Source: an uncultured Lachnospiraceae bacterium
GTDB lineage: Bacteria > Bacillota > Clostridia > Lachnospirales > Lachnospiraceae
Assembly: GCA_947174185.1 (NCBI GenBank)
Contig: CAMWHY010000001.1
Location: 1-58,095 of the forward strand
Length of the DNA stretch: 58,095 nt
Direction: 5' to 3'
Shown here: piece by piece, positions 1 to 11,649 of the stretch
Layout: each line of letters starts with the position of its first letter
Numbering within the stretch: the first letter of the stretch is position 1
Translations under genes and position numbers: made by a program
Notes under the pieces: generated by a model
The model's database searches: none
Seen by the model: only the letters and a program-made list of their open reading frames with translations
Told to the model about the DNA's origin: nothing

Positions 1-607
1 CATTTTATCATAAATTGTTGTCGTTTTCTATTATCGCTATATTTAATTATTGTTTATTTTTCCTATTTTTATGTCCAATCATGTACTATTTTCTTCCCAC
101 ACAAGTTTCTATATCAATAAATATATTCCATAATTAAATGTGCTTTTTATTTCTACAGTCTCTTTATTTTGTTCACTTATTATTCACTCTAATATTACCT
201 AAAACATTTGCTTTCTCAAATATAAATACTCCAAGCAAGAATTGTCGTAAAATCCATATATATGTAATAGATAATATATAATATATGATCATCAATTAAA
301 ATATAAACGCGCGAAGGTCGAAATTGAGTGAGTTACGATCTATTGAGGAATATAATGTGGTATTTTCATTTGTAGCTGCCTAAAGAAATTATGTAGAAAA
401 AGTAATAACAAACTTTCAAAAAATAAAGTATTCATGTTCTACGTCAACGACAATATTGTAGATTTGTGTGGGAGACTATTCCCTCATTTAGCTAGAATAT
501 ATTCTAAAAAGGCAAGGTGTTGCGTCATATTTATATCTAAAGCGTATAATGAATATCCTTAGACAATTTATGAAAATAAGGGTTGCAAAGAGATATCCGA
601 AACTCCA

Positions 608-811
608 ATAGGCGCACCTCGAAAATACTTCGCATTTCCTCGGTCGCATGCATTCGCCAAATGTCCGTAAATGCAATAAAATAGGGACTTCCAAATATAC
701 TTGGAGTCCCCTATTATTATCGCCTTTTATGTGCTTATCTCATTGCTTTCACGCAAATTACTCAATGATAGCAGCCACACGACCAGATCCAACAATTCCA
801 CCACCCTCACG
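608..811 (-). repeat. Diverged copy of the tuf 3' end plus its downstream structured region (att-like site); partner at 2930-3134
   Basis: 758-811 reads REGGGIVGSGRVAAIIE* vs tuf [17 protein letters not shown] (45/54 nt identical by eye); 608-757 aligns with 2931-3080. Confidence 0.9.
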
Positions 812-1028
812 TAATTTGAATAGCGTTCTTTGTGATATTTTCTATGCTTTCTGTTGAGGAAAACAGCATAAATTCGTTGTTTTTATGTGCCTTATTTTCA
901 TGATTTTTTGGCACCAAGTAGATTTCCTCCTTGACCACCTTATCTACATGGTACTAGCACCATGTCTAAGTAATAATCAAGGAAAACCTATTTCTTCTTA
1001 CAATACCACTAAGCGATAAACGGAAATT

Positions 1029-1720
1029 TTATAGAGCATTCCAAACTATAAAGAATATCAATATATTTCCCCAAGCATTTCCCGTCATGTGTCTAATTAC
1101 TAAAAAGCCATACATAAGTATAAATGTCGCTAATGCCTCAAATAAAGCTACTAAATCAAACCCAATCATTCCATGAATAACAATAGAAATAATTGCACAA
1201 ATAAACGCCCCAACATTCCAAAGTTTTTTTGGTTTATAAATGAAATTTATTTTATACGCCAACACCACATAAAACAATCCTTCTCCCAATCCCTATGTTA
1301 AAGCTATCATCAGATAGCCTATTGCATTGAAAGGAATAGGGGTTCTTAATATATCCTTTGTCAAAAACATTCCTTGAAATAGCAAAAAACTATGAATATC
1401 ATTTGTAGCAAAAAGAAAAGCCACCGTTGGAATGGACACTATAAAGCAACCGATAAGTGATCGTAAAATATTTTTCCGAACCAAGCCATGTTTTGAAAGT
1501 GTTTCCTTATTTTTTTAATAATACAATAATTACCCCCAAACAAGACATTCCAAACTGTATAAGAAAAACTGGCAAAAATCTAAATAATAACGAATATGAT
1601 ACGTCATAACTGTAATCAATAATCATTTTACCTAAAGCAATATACAATATCGCTGATACAAAGCTGATGGCTAATATTATAATAATATCTTTTTTTTACA
1701 CTATTTAAAGATTCATTCAT
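1029..1720 (-). pseudogene. Disrupted multi-pass membrane protein (possibly CPBP/Abi-like)
   Basis: ATG at 1720 with GAGG RBS; one hydrophobic reading frame broken by frameshifts in A-runs (~1690-1697, ~1510-1516) and a TAG at 1290-1295 between the ORF fragments 1293-1484 and 1029-1289. Confidence 0.7.
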
Positions 1721-1826
1721 TTTTCTTTTCCTCCACACAACTCCAAACCGCATTTTTGATTATATCACTTCCATTCTTCACTTACCATAAAAATATAGGT
1801 CATAGCAACCGCCACGCCCACATTTC

Positions 1827-2141
1827 TTATCGTTCCAACGATTTCTCTATTTTCTGTTTCTGCCCTTTCAAGTCGTTCCGTTTCTCATACAGACTATTGC
1901 ACTCCTCGCAAAGTTCTTTCATGCGTTCCAACTGTTCCCTCACTCCTTCCCGGCAATCCGGCTCTATCTTCTTATATTCCCCTGTCAGATTGCGGATTGT
2001 ATTATTATTCGTCATAATCTGCTCTGACAAGCATACCCAGTCTATCAGATTACATACTTCCATATCGGTATCATATAATTCTGTTTCCGTCAAAATCTTT
2101 GCACACAATCGCACCATAACTTTCTTTTCCATATCTGTCAT
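1827..2141 (-). CDS. Small coiled-coil hypothetical protein, element cargo
   Basis: 104 aa ORF with AAAGGAG RBS; charged helical sequence. Confidence 0.7.
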   Translation of the reverse strand: MTDMEKKVMVRLCAKILTETELYDTDMEVCNLIDWVCLSEQIMTNNNTIRNLTGEYKKIEPDCREGVREQLERMKELCEECNSLYEKRNDLKGQKQKIEKSLER

Positions 2142-2169
2142 TCAATCGTTCTCCTTTCCTATCGGCTCA

Positions 2170-2590
2170 TTTCAAAGGTACGTTTCGCACGCTTATTTGC
2201 CTTTTCTGCTTGTTCTATTGCCTTTGACTACTCTACTACCGTCTGCACCTGTTCCCTGCCAAAATAATGCTCCAATCGTCCAAATCAGATACTTTTTCCT
2301 GCAATCGGTCTATGGTGTCGCTCTACTCCATGACTTTATCCGTCATTTGGCTTATTGGGTATTCCTGCTTTTTCGTCTTATTGGTCAGCTTCTTTACCTG
2401 CTCCATAAGCTGCGCACATTTAACAGTCAGATTTTTAACTACTGTTTTTAACTTTTCCTTGCGGTTAGCAAACGAATTAGAAATTGATGTGAATGAGATA
2501 TGTGCTGCCAGTCCGTTTTCTGGTGCTATTACCGAAGAAGAAATATATCCCACACTTTCCAATGGTCTGAATGGCGCACTTGATGGAAAC
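2170..2590 (-). pseudogene. C-terminal fragment of a coiled-coil protein (possibly a mobilisation protein), no start, internal stop
   Basis: Frame of ORF 2323-2562 continues past TAG (SDTIDRLQEKVSDLDDW...); no RBS or credible start. Confidence 0.35.
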
Positions 2591-2593
2591 TGA

Positions 2594-2800
2594 GTAAAGA
2601 CATATCTGAAAAATTCCTTATATCCACTTATGTATCTATTTGAAAAAAACAGTATGCCTGATGTGGATAATCTGTTGACTTCATTTTATCAGTTGGACGA
2701 TAAAGCACGAAAAGAAGTAGTAGAAACGATACAATTCAAGTTACAGTACTACAAAGACCAAGAACGGGCAGAACAGGTAAAACAAATAAAAAGTTGGTAA
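2594..2800 (+). pseudogene. 5'-truncated gene fragment resembling the C-terminus of an XRE-type regulator
   Basis: VKTYLKNSLYPLMYLFEKNSMPDVDNLLTSFYQLDDKARKEVVETIQFKLQYYKDQ...SW*, followed by hairpin 2804-2841. Confidence 0.4.
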
Positions 2801-2803
2801 AAA

Positions 2804-2841
2804 AACTCCGATGAAACATGGTGCCAAATTTCATCGGAGTT
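2804..2841. terminator. Hairpin, probable terminator
   Basis: AACTCCGATGAAA-N12-TTTCATCGGAGTT directly after the stop at 2800. Confidence 0.55.
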
Positions 2842-2990
2842 CAATTTTATGGCACCGTTTTGGTACCGCTTACAACTTTTTCACTGTTGCAAAATTTCAA
2901 AAAGGGCTTCCCGATTACTCGGAAACCCCGATAAGCGCACCTCGAAAATGCTTCGCATTTCCTCGGTCGCGGGCATTCGTTAAATGCCCG

Positions 2991-3050
2991 AAAAGACGCA
3001 AAAAGAGTCACTTTCATGCAAGCATGAAGTGACTCTTTATTACGTCTTTT
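2991..3050 (-). terminator. tuf intrinsic terminator, nested inside a larger structure
   Basis: AAAGAGTCAC-TTCATGC/GCATGAA-AGTGACTCTTT followed by T-rich tract on the minus strand. Confidence 0.7.
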
Positions 3051-3080
3051 TATGCGCTTATCTCATTGCTTTCGCGTAGA

Positions 3081-4268
3081 TTACTCGATGATAGTAGCCA
3101 CACGACCAGAACCTACTGTACGTCCACCCTCACGGATAGCGAATGTAAGACCCTGCTCCATAGCGATCGGATGGATCAGTTCGATGGTCATCTCTACGTT
3201 ATCACCAGGCATACACATCTCTGTACCATCAGGAAGGTTACATACACCAGTTACGTCAGTTGTTCTGAAGTAGAACTGAGGTCTGTAGTTGTTGAAGAAC
3301 GGAGTATGACGTCCACCTTCATCCTTTGTCAGTACATATACCTGAGCTGTGAATTTCTTATGGCATGTTACAGAACCGGGTTTAGCAATAACCTGTCCTC
3401 TTTCGATTTCAGTTCTCTGAACACCACGAAGCAGTGCACCGATGTTATCACCAGCCTGTGCCTCATCAAGCATCTTACGGAACATTTCGATACCTGTAAC
3501 AACAGTCTTCTTTGTCTCTTCCTTAATACCAACGATTTCAACTTCCTCGTTAAGATGAAGAACACCACGCTCTACTCTACCAGTAGCAACTGTACCACGA
3601 CCTGTGATTGTGAATACGTCCTCAACAGGCATCAGGAACGGCTGGTCTGTAGCACGCTTAGGATCAGGAATATAATCATCAACTGTTCCCATCAGTTCCA
3701 TAACCTTGTCGCCCCACTCGCCGTTAGGATCTTCAAGAGCCTTTAATGCAGAACCACGGATGATAGGACATCCTGTGAATTCATACTCCTCAAGCTGCTC
3801 TGTGATCTCCATTTCAACCAGGTCTAACAGCTCCTCATCATCAACCATATCGCACTTGTTCATGAATACAACGATGTAAGGAACGCCTACCTGACGGGAC
3901 AGAAGGATGTGCTCCTTTGTCTGAGCCATAACACCGTCTGTTGCAGCAACAACTAAGATAGCGCCGTCCATCTGTGCAGCACCGGTGATCATGTTCTTAA
4001 CGTAGTCAGCATGTCCCGGGCAGTCAACGTGTGCATAATGTCTCTTCTCTGTCTCGTACTCAACGTGAGCAGTAGAAATTGTGATACCTCTTTCTCTTTC
4101 TTCCGGAGCCTTATCGATGTTCTCGAAATCTGTTGCTGTATTACCAGCAACTCTTTCGGATAATACTTTTGTGATTGCTGCTGTTAAAGTTGTTTTACCA
4201 TGGTCAACGTGACCGATGGTACCAATATTACAATGGGGTTTTGTTCTTTCAAATTTTGCTTTAGCCAT
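3081..4268 (-). CDS. tuf: Elongation factor Tu
   Basis: [20 protein letters not shown] motifs; AAGGAGG RBS. Confidence 0.99.
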   Translation of the reverse strand: MAKAKFERTKPHCNIGTIGHVDHGKTTLTAAITKVLSERVAGNTATDFENIDKAPEERERGITISTAHVEYETEKRHYAHVDCPGHADYVKNMITGAAQMDGAILVVAATDGVMAQTKEHILLSRQVGVPYIVVFMNKCDMVDDEELLDLVEMEITEQLEEYEFTGCPIIRGSALKALEDPNGEWGDKVMELMGTVDDYIPDPKRATDQPFLMPVEDVFTITGRGTVATGRVERGVLHLNEEVEIVGIKEETKKTVVTGIEMFRKMLDEAQAGDNIGALLRGVQRTEIERGQVIAKPGSVTCHKKFTAQVYVLTKDEGGRHTPFFNNYRPQFYFRTTDVTGVCNLPDGTEMCMPGDNVEMTIELIHPIAMEQGLTFAIREGGRTVGSGRVATIIE

Positions 4269-4343
4269 TTCTAATAAATCCTCCTTAAATAGATTTCAAC
4301 TTGAGCTTTCCGCTCTTTTATTTTTGAATTAACACTATCTTGA

Positions 4344-4372
4344 ATTATAGTAAATATTACCATATATTTCAA
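4344..4372 (-). promoter_or_regulatory. SigA promoter for tuf
   Basis: TTGAAA-N17-TATAAT. Confidence 0.75.
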
Positions 4373-4375
4373 GTA

Positions 4376-6493
4376 TTATTTTGCTTTTGAAGCCAATACC
4401 TTTTCCTGAATATTCTTCGGAACCGGTTCGTACTTTTCAAAGAACATGGAATAGTTGCCGCGTCCCTGTGTCTTAGAACGAAGGTCTGTCGCATATCCGA
4501 ACATTTCTGCCAAAGGCACATATCCTCTGACGATCTTTCCACCGCCCAGATCATCCATACCTTCGATACGTCCACGACGGGAGTTGATATCACCGATAAC
4601 GTCTCCCATGTATTCCTCAGGCATCGTTACCTCAACCTTCATGATCGGCTCCAACAGCACTGCGCCACCCTTGTTCATAGCATCCTTAAACGCCATGGAA
4701 CCGGCGATATGGAATGCCATTTCTGAAGAATCGACTTCATGATAAGAACCGTCATAAACATTGGCATAAACGCCAAGTACCGGGAATCCGCCCAGAATAC
4801 CGGACTTTGCAGCTTCTTCAATACCTTCGCCGACTGCCGGGATATATTCCTTCGGAATCGCACCACCGACAACTGTGGACTCGAACTTAAATGTTTCTTC
4901 ACCGTTCGGATCCATCGGCTCAAATTTAACCTTACAGTGTCCATACTGACCACGACCACCAGACTGCTTAGCGTACTTACTGTCAACCTCAACAGCCTTT
5001 GTAAATGTCTCCTTATATGCAACCTGCGGAGCACCTACATTCGCTTCTACCTTAAACTCACGAAGCAGACGGTCAACAATGATCTCCAGATGAAGCTCAC
5101 CCATACCAGCGATGATTGTCTGTCCTGTCTCCTGATCCGTATGTGCACGGAAGGTAGGATCTTCTTCTGCCAGCTTTGCAAGGGACTCGCCCAGCTTGCC
5201 CTGTCCCGCCTTGGTCTTCGGCTCGATTGCAAGCTCGATAACCGGCTCAGGGAATTCCATGGACTCCAGGATAACCGGATGCTGCTCGTCACAGATGGTA
5301 TCTCCTGTTGTCGTAAATTTAAATCCAACTGCTGCCGCAATATCGCCGGAATATACCTTATCCAGCTCTGATCTCTTATTCGCATGCATCTGCAGGATAC
5401 GACCAACACGTTCCTTCTTGTCCTTCGTTGCATTCAGTACATAAGAACCGGAGTTCATCGTACCGGAATACACACGGAAGAATGCAAGTTTACCGACAAA
5501 CGGGTCTGCCATGATCTTAAATGCCAATGCGGAGAACGGTTCCTCATCAGAAGAATGTCTCTCGATCTCATTGCCATCCATATCGACACCCTTGATCGCC
5601 GGGATATCTGTAGGCGCCGGCATAAACTCCAACACTGCATCCAAAAGCTTCTGAACGCCCTTGTTTCTGTACGCAGATCCACAACATACAGGTACTGCCG
5701 TACATTCGCAGGTTCCCTTACGCAATGCCTTCTTCATCGCCTCTATGGAAGGTTCCTCTCCTTCCAGATACTTCTCTAAAAGATCATCATCCAGCTCACA
5801 TACTTTTTCAACGAGCTCTGAATGATATAACTCTGCATCATCCTTCATGTTGTCAGGGATATCCGTAATATCGATATTCTCACCCTTATCATCATTATAG
5901 ATATATGCTTTCATTTCAAACAGATCGATAATACCCTTAAACTCATCCTCCTTGCCGATCGGCAGCTGCAGAATGATGGCATTTTTACCAAGTCTGTTTC
6001 TGATCTGATCAACAGCGCTATAGAAATCAGCTCCCATGATATCCATCTTATTGATGAATGCCATACGAGGAACATTATAAGTGTCTGCCTGTCTCCAGAC
6101 ATTCTCTGACTGGGGCTCAACTCCGCCCTTTGCACAGAACACACCTACTGCACCATCCAATACACGCAGAGAACGCTCTACTTCAACCGTAAAGTCAACG
6201 TGACCCGGGGTATCAATAATATTGATACGATGCTCTAAAGCGCCCGCCTTCGGTTTGCTGTTCTCCTGTAAGGTCCAGTGACAAGTCGTAGCGGCTGATG
6301 TGATCGTAATACCCCTTTCCTGCTCCTGAGCCATCCAGTCCATGGTAGCAGTACCTTCATGAGTATCACCAATCTTGTAATTTACACCGGTATAGTACAA
6401 TATACGCTCGGTAAGGGTTGTCTTACCGGCATCAATATGCGCCATGATACCAATGTTTCTTGTTCGCTCTAATGGATATTCTCTTTCAGCCAA
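4376..6493 (-). CDS. fusA: Elongation factor G
   Basis: [17 protein letters not shown]; TTG start at 6493 after AAGGAGG (ORF track start is over-extended). Confidence 0.98.
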   Translation of the reverse strand: MAEREYPLERTRNIGIMAHIDAGKTTLTERILYYTGVNYKIGDTHEGTATMDWMAQEQERGITITSAATTCHWTLQENSKPKAGALEHRINIIDTPGHVDFTVEVERSLRVLDGAVGVFCAKGGVEPQSENVWRQADTYNVPRMAFINKMDIMGADFYSAVDQIRNRLGKNAIILQLPIGKEDEFKGIIDLFEMKAYIYNDDKGENIDITDIPDNMKDDAELYHSELVEKVCELDDDLLEKYLEGEEPSIEAMKKALRKGTCECTAVPVCCGSAYRNKGVQKLLDAVLEFMPAPTDIPAIKGVDMDGNEIERHSSDEEPFSALAFKIMADPFVGKLAFFRVYSGTMNSGSYVLNATKDKKERVGRILQMHANKRSELDKVYSGDIAAAVGFKFTTTGDTICDEQHPVILESMEFPEPVIELAIEPKTKAGQGKLGESLAKLAEEDPTFRAHTDQETGQTIIAGMGELHLEIIVDRLLREFKVEANVGAPQVAYKETFTKAVEVDSKYAKQSGGRGQYGHCKVKFEPMDPNGEETFKFESTVVGGAIPKEYIPAVGEGIEEAAKSGILGGFPVLGVYANVYDGSYHEVDSSEMAFHIAGSMAFKDAMNKGGAVLLEPIMKVEVTMPEEYMGDVIGDINSRRGRIEGMDDLGGGKIVRGYVPLAEMFGYATDLRSKTQGRGNYSMFFEKYEPVPKNIQEKVLASKAK

Positions 6494-6509
6494 GACTAGT
6501 TCCTCCTTC

Positions 6510-7199
<690 letters not shown>

Positions 7200-7613
7200 T
7201 TATTTCTTAGGTCTCTTAGCGCCATATTTGGAACGCGCCTGCTTTCTGTTTGCAACACCTGCCGTATCAAGCGTACCTCTGATTACATGGTATCTTGTAC
7301 CAGGCAAATCCTTAACCCTTCCGCCACGGATCAGAACCACGCTATGCTCCTGAAGATTGTGTCCTTCACCCGGGATATAGCTTGTTACTTCGATTCCGTT
7401 GGAAAGACGAACTCTGGCGATCTTTCTAAGAGCTGAGTTCGGCTTCTTAGGGGTTGCTGTCTTTACTGCAGTACATACGCCACGCTTCTGAGGAGACTCC
7501 GTATCGATCGCTTTCTTGTGAAGAGAGTTGTAACCTCTGAGCAATGCAGGTGCAGTTGACTTCTTAACAGATGTCTGACGACCCTTTCTTACTAACTGGT
7601 TAAATGTTGGCAT
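7200..7613 (-). CDS. rpsL: 30S ribosomal protein S12
   Basis: [27 protein letters not shown]. Confidence 0.99.
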   Translation of the reverse strand: MPTFNQLVRKGRQTSVKKSTAPALLRGYNSLHKKAIDTESPQKRGVCTAVKTATPKKPNSALRKIARVRLSNGIEVTSYIPGEGHNLQEHSVVLIRGGRVKDLPGTRYHVIRGTLDTAGVANRKQARSKYGAKRPKK

Positions 7614-7733
7614 CCTTTTCACCTCCTGTCTTTTTATAATCAATACATGCCAGAAATCTTATCAGCACATCTTATGTCCTCATCGACTTTCGTTTCAGCA
7701 CAACAAAAGACACGCACTTTGGCACGCTTGAAT

Positions 7734-7762
7734 ATTATACTGTGATATTTCCGCAATGTCAA
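7734..7762 (-). promoter_or_regulatory. SigA promoter of the str operon
   Basis: Perfect TTGACA-N17-TATAAT. Confidence 0.9.
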
Positions 7763-7785
7763 CAGATTTCTTACTTTTTTTTAAG

Positions 7786-7823
7786 AAAGAAAGAACCGTA
7801 ACTATTTAAATTACGGTTCTTTC
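7786..7823 (-). terminator. rpoC terminator
   Basis: GAAAGAACCGTAA-loop-TTACGGTTCTTTC followed by T-rich sequence. Confidence 0.75.
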
Positions 7824-7858
7824 ACAATTGCTATCAGCATTCCCAGTGAAACAGATGT

Positions 7859-10800
7859 TTATTCAGTGGTAACAGGCACTTCTTCAAGGGCTTCCGATCC
7901 TTCCACGTTTTCTTCGTCAGAATCGTCTGCTCCAGTTTCATCAATGCCGTCAACGATATCAATATCCTCTTCAGCATCTATCAGTTCACTGTCAATATCC
8001 TCTTCCTCTGCTTCATTATTACAGATCTCATCGATATCCAGCCTTACATCGCGGTATCTCTTGACGCCGGTTCCCGCAGGGATCAGCTTACCAATGATAA
8101 CATTCTCCTTCAGACCAATCAATGAGTCTACCTTACCCTTGATCGCAGCTTCGGTCAGAACCTTCGTGGTCTCCTGGAAGGATGCGGCGGATAAGAAGGA
8201 ATTGGTCGCCAACGCTGCCTTTGTAATACCCAGAATGATATCTGTGGCAACCACCGGCTTTTTGCCCTCGGCAAGCAGCTTTTCATTGATATCCTCAATT
8301 TCCAGTCTGTCAACAAGGCTGCCCGGAAGCAGATCTGTGTCGCCACAGTCTTCCACATGCTGTTTCTTTAACATCTGGCGGACGATGACTTCGATATGCT
8401 TATCTGCCAGATCAACACCCTGCAGACCATATACCTTCTGAACCTCACGGATCAGATAATTCTCCACTGCCTCAATCTTCTTAATCTCTAACAGATCATG
8501 GGGATTGACGGAACCTTCTGTCAATTCGTCGCCGGCTTCCACAACTGCACCGTCTGTAACTTTGATCCTTGCGCCATACGTAATCGTATAACTTTTACTT
8601 CTCTCACCGTCTGTAATGACGATCTCACGCTTCTTATTATCCTCAGTGATACTTACCGTACCGCCAAACTCTGCAATGATCGCAAGACCCTTCGGCTTTC
8701 TTGCCTCAAACAACTCCTCTACTCGGGGAAGACCCTGTGTGATATCGTTACCCGCAACACCACCGGTATGGAAGGTACGCATCGTCAGCTGTGTACCAGG
8801 CTCACCAATGGACTGCGCCGCGATGATACCCACCGCCTCGCCGACCTGTACCGCTTCACCTGTCGCCATATTTGCTCCATAACATTTCGCACAGATACCT
8901 ACATGGGATTTACAGGTCAGAATCGTACGGATCTTAACAGATTCGATCGGATTGCCTTCCTTATCCACACCAAATGCTGCGATCCTTGCCGCACGCTTAG
9001 GCGTGATCATATGGTTTGCCTTGACAATGATATCGCCATTGGCATCCTTGACATCCTCTGCAGCTACTCTGCTCCGGATACGGTTTTCAAGGGACTCGAT
9101 CACATCCTTGCCATCTACCAGAGCCGATACGCTCATGCCGCTGATCTCTTTTCCCGCGCAGCAGTCCACTTCACGGATGATCAGCTCCTGACATACATCG
9201 ACCATTCGTCTTGTCAGATATCCGGAGTCTGCCGTACGCAGAGCGGTATCAGAAAGTCCCTTACGTGCGCCATGGGCGGAGATAAAGTACTCCAATACAT
9301 CCAGTCCCTCACGGAAATTCGACTTGATAGGCAGCTCGATGGTACGACCGGAGGTATTTGCCATCAGTCCACGCATACCTGCAAGCTGTTTCATCTGCTG
9401 TTCCGAACCACGGGCACCGGAATCCGCCATCATCTTAATATTGTTATAAGCATCCAAACCGTTCATCAACGCTTTTGTCAGCTCGGCATCCGTCTCATTC
9501 CATACACGGATAACGCCGCTGTACCGCTCGTCTTCCGTAATCAGACCACGGCGGTAATTCTGCGCAATGCTGTCAACCTTCTTCTGCGCTTCCTCCAGCA
9601 TCTGTGCTTTTACGGCAGGCACCGTCATATCGGAGATCGATACGGTCATGGCCGCCTTTGTAGAATACTTATATCCGATTGCTTTGACAAGATCCAGTAC
9701 CTCTGCCGTCCTTGTAGCGCCATGGGTATTGATGACCTTCTCCAGAATCTGCTTCAGCTGTTTCTTACCTACCAGGAAATCTACCTCTGGCAGGAGCATG
9801 CTCTCATCCGTATCACGCTTCACAAATCCCAGATCCTGTGGCAGAATCTCATTGAACAGGAAACGTCCCAATGTGGACTCCACATTGCCGGAAATCACTC
9901 TTCCGTCAGCAAGCTGCTTCTCTACCCTGACCCTGATCCTTGCGTGAAGGTCGATTACATCATTTTCATATGCTAAAATTGCTTCATTTACACTCTTGAA
10001 ATACTTGGCAGGAACATATTTTCCGTCTACCTCTTCGCCTGAGCCCTTTACTCCGGGTCTCTCCTGGGTCAGATAATAGATACCAAGCACCATATCCTGC
10101 GACGGTACCGTTACCGGCGCGCCGTCAGAAGGCTTCAACAGATTATTCGGTGAAAGCAGAAGGAATCTGCACTCCGCCTGTGCTTCTACCGAAAGCGGAA
10201 GATGAACCGCCATCTGGTCGCCGTCAAAGTCCGCATTAAACGCAGTACATACCAGAGGATGCAGCTTGATCGCCTTACCCTCTACCAAGATCGGCTCAAA
10301 TGCCTGTATACCAAGACGATGCAGTGTCGGAGCACGATTCAGCATGACCGGATGCTCCTTGATCGCTTCTTCCAAAACATCCCAGACCTGCACTTCCAGT
10401 CTTTCTACCATCTTTTTCGCCGCTTTGATATTCTGGCAGATTCCCTTTGCCACAAGTTCCTTCATAACAAACGGCTTGAACAGCTCGATCGCCATTTCTT
10501 TCGGAAGTCCGCACTGGTAGATCTTAAGCTCCGGACCTACAACGATAACGGAACGACCGGAATAATCAACACGCTTTCCTAACAGATTCTGGCGGAAACG
10601 TCCTGATTTACCCTTTAACATATCGGACAGTGATTTCAATGCCCGGTTGCCAGGACCTGTCACGGCACGGCCTCTCCTGCCGTTATCGATCAATGCATCC
10701 ACAGCTTCCTGCAGCATACGCTTCTCATTACGAACAATAATATCCGGTGCACCCAGCTCCAACAGCTTTGTCAGACGGTTATTACGGTTAATGATCCTTC

Positions 10801-11602
10801 TGTAAAGGTCATTTAAGTCAGACGTCGCAAAACGTCCGCCATCCAGCTGTACCATCGGTCTCAAATCAGGCGGGATCACCGGAATCGCGTCAAGGATCAT
10901 CCATGACGGTTGATTGCCTGACTCACGGAATGCTTCTACCACTTCCAGCCTCTTCACGATCTTAGCGCGCTTCTGACCCTTGGTGGCTTCATTTTCCAGC
11001 TCTGCCTTTAACTCCGCCATCTCTTTTTCCAGATCGATATCATCCAGAAGTTCTTTGATCGCTTCTGCTCCCATACCGACTCTGAACTGTGCACCATATT
11101 TCTCCAGGCAGTCCTGATACTCACGTTCTGTTAAAATCTGCTTTTTCTCCAGATCGGTAGTTCCCGGATCCAGCACAATATATGCAGCAAAATACAAAAC
11201 CTTTTCCAGCACACGCGGCGTCAGGTCAAGAATCAGACCCATACGGCTTGGAATACCCTTAAAATACCAGATATGAGATACCGGTGCAGCCAGTTCGATA
11301 TGCCCCATCCTTTCACGGCGGACATTCGCCTTGGTTACCTCTACGCCACATTTATCACAGATAACGCCTTTATATCTGATCTTTCTGAACTTACCGCAAT
11401 GACATTCCCAGTCCTTGCTTGGTCCAAAGATCCTTTCACAGAACAATCCATCCTTTTCCGGCTTCAGTGTCCTGTAGTTAATGGTTTCCGGCTTGATTAC
11501 CTCGCCATGGGACCACTTTCTGATGGTCTCCGGAGAAGCCAAACCAATCTTGATTGAATCAAATGCAATTGACTGATAATCATTATTTTTTAAATCAGGC
11601 AT
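7859..11602 (-). CDS. rpoC: RNA polymerase beta' subunit
   Basis: NADFDGD active site, N-terminal Zn finger. Confidence 0.99.
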   Translation of the reverse strand: MPDLKNNDYQSIAFDSIKIGLASPETIRKWSHGEVIKPETINYRTLKPEKDGLFCERIFGPSKDWECHCGKFRKIRYKGVICDKCGVEVTKANVRRERMGHIELAAPVSHIWYFKGIPSRMGLILDLTPRVLEKVLYFAAYIVLDPGTTDLEKKQILTEREYQDCLEKYGAQFRVGMGAEAIKELLDDIDLEKEMAELKAELENEATKGQKRAKIVKRLEVVEAFRESGNQPSWMILDAIPVIPPDLRPMVQLDGGRFATSDLNDLYRRIINRNNRLTKLLELGAPDIIVRNEKRMLQEAVDALIDNGRRGRAVTGPGNRALKSLSDMLKGKSGRFRQNLLGKRVDYSGRSVIVVGPELKIYQCGLPKEMAIELFKPFVMKELVAKGICQNIKAAKKMVERLEVQVWDVLEEAIKEHPVMLNRAPTLHRLGIQAFEPILVEGKAIKLHPLVCTAFNADFDGDQMAVHLPLSVEAQAECRFLLLSPNNLLKPSDGAPVTVPSQDMVLGIYYLTQERPGVKGSGEEVDGKYVPAKYFKSVNEAILAYENDVIDLHARIRVRVEKQLADGRVISGNVESTLGRFLFNEILPQDLGFVKRDTDESMLLPEVDFLVGKKQLKQILEKVINTHGATRTAEVLDLVKAIGYKYSTKAAMTVSISDMTVPAVKAQMLEEAQKKVDSIAQNYRRGLITEDERYSGVIRVWNETDAELTKALMNGLDAYNNIKMMADSGARGSEQQMKQLAGMRGLMANTSGRTIELPIKSNFREGLDVLEYFISAHGARKGLSDTALRTADSGYLTRRMVDVCQELIIREVDCCAGKEISGMSVSALVDGKDVIESLENRIRSRVAAEDVKDANGDIIVKANHMITPKRAARIAAFGVDKEGNPIESVKIRTILTCKSHVGICAKCYGANMATGEAVQVGEAVGIIAAQSIGEPGTQLTMRTFHTGGVAGNDITQGLPRVEELFEARKPKGLAIIAEFGGTVSITEDNKKREIVITDGERSKSYTITYGARIKVTDGAVVEAGDELTEGSVNPHDLLEIKKIEAVENYLIREVQKVYGLQGVDLADKHIEVIVRQMLKKQHVEDCGDTDLLPGSLVDRLEIEDINEKLLAEGKKPVVATDIILGITKAALATNSFLSAASFQETTKVLTEAAIKGKVDSLIGLKENVIIGKLIPAGTGVKRYRDVRLDIDEICNNEAEEEDIDSELIDAEEDIDIVDGIDETGADDSDEENVEGSEALEEVPVTTE

Positions 11603-11649
11603 TCTTATAACCTTCCTTTCACCTTCGAGATAGAATTCTACATTATGAA

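Larger units (their letters stand above)
758..3134. mobile_element. Decayed integrative element remnant inserted in the tuf 3' end; no integrase left
   Basis: Bounded by direct repeats of the tuf 3' end; AT-rich; contains pseudogene and gene fragments; TTTGGCACC-like motifs near both ends. Confidence 0.75.

Noticed and set aside
1-600. Very AT-rich left edge as a coding region
   Set aside because: No sustained ORF or recognisable motif; probably degraded foreign DNA, cannot be called
648-857. ORFs 648-857, 2811-3032 and 3052-3273 over the att repeats
   Set aside because: They resemble each other only because they are antisense translations of the duplicated tuf end and hairpins
1756-2451. 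231 aa plus-strand ORF in the element
   Set aside because: Antisense to the better supported 1827-2141 gene; TTG start, implausible composition
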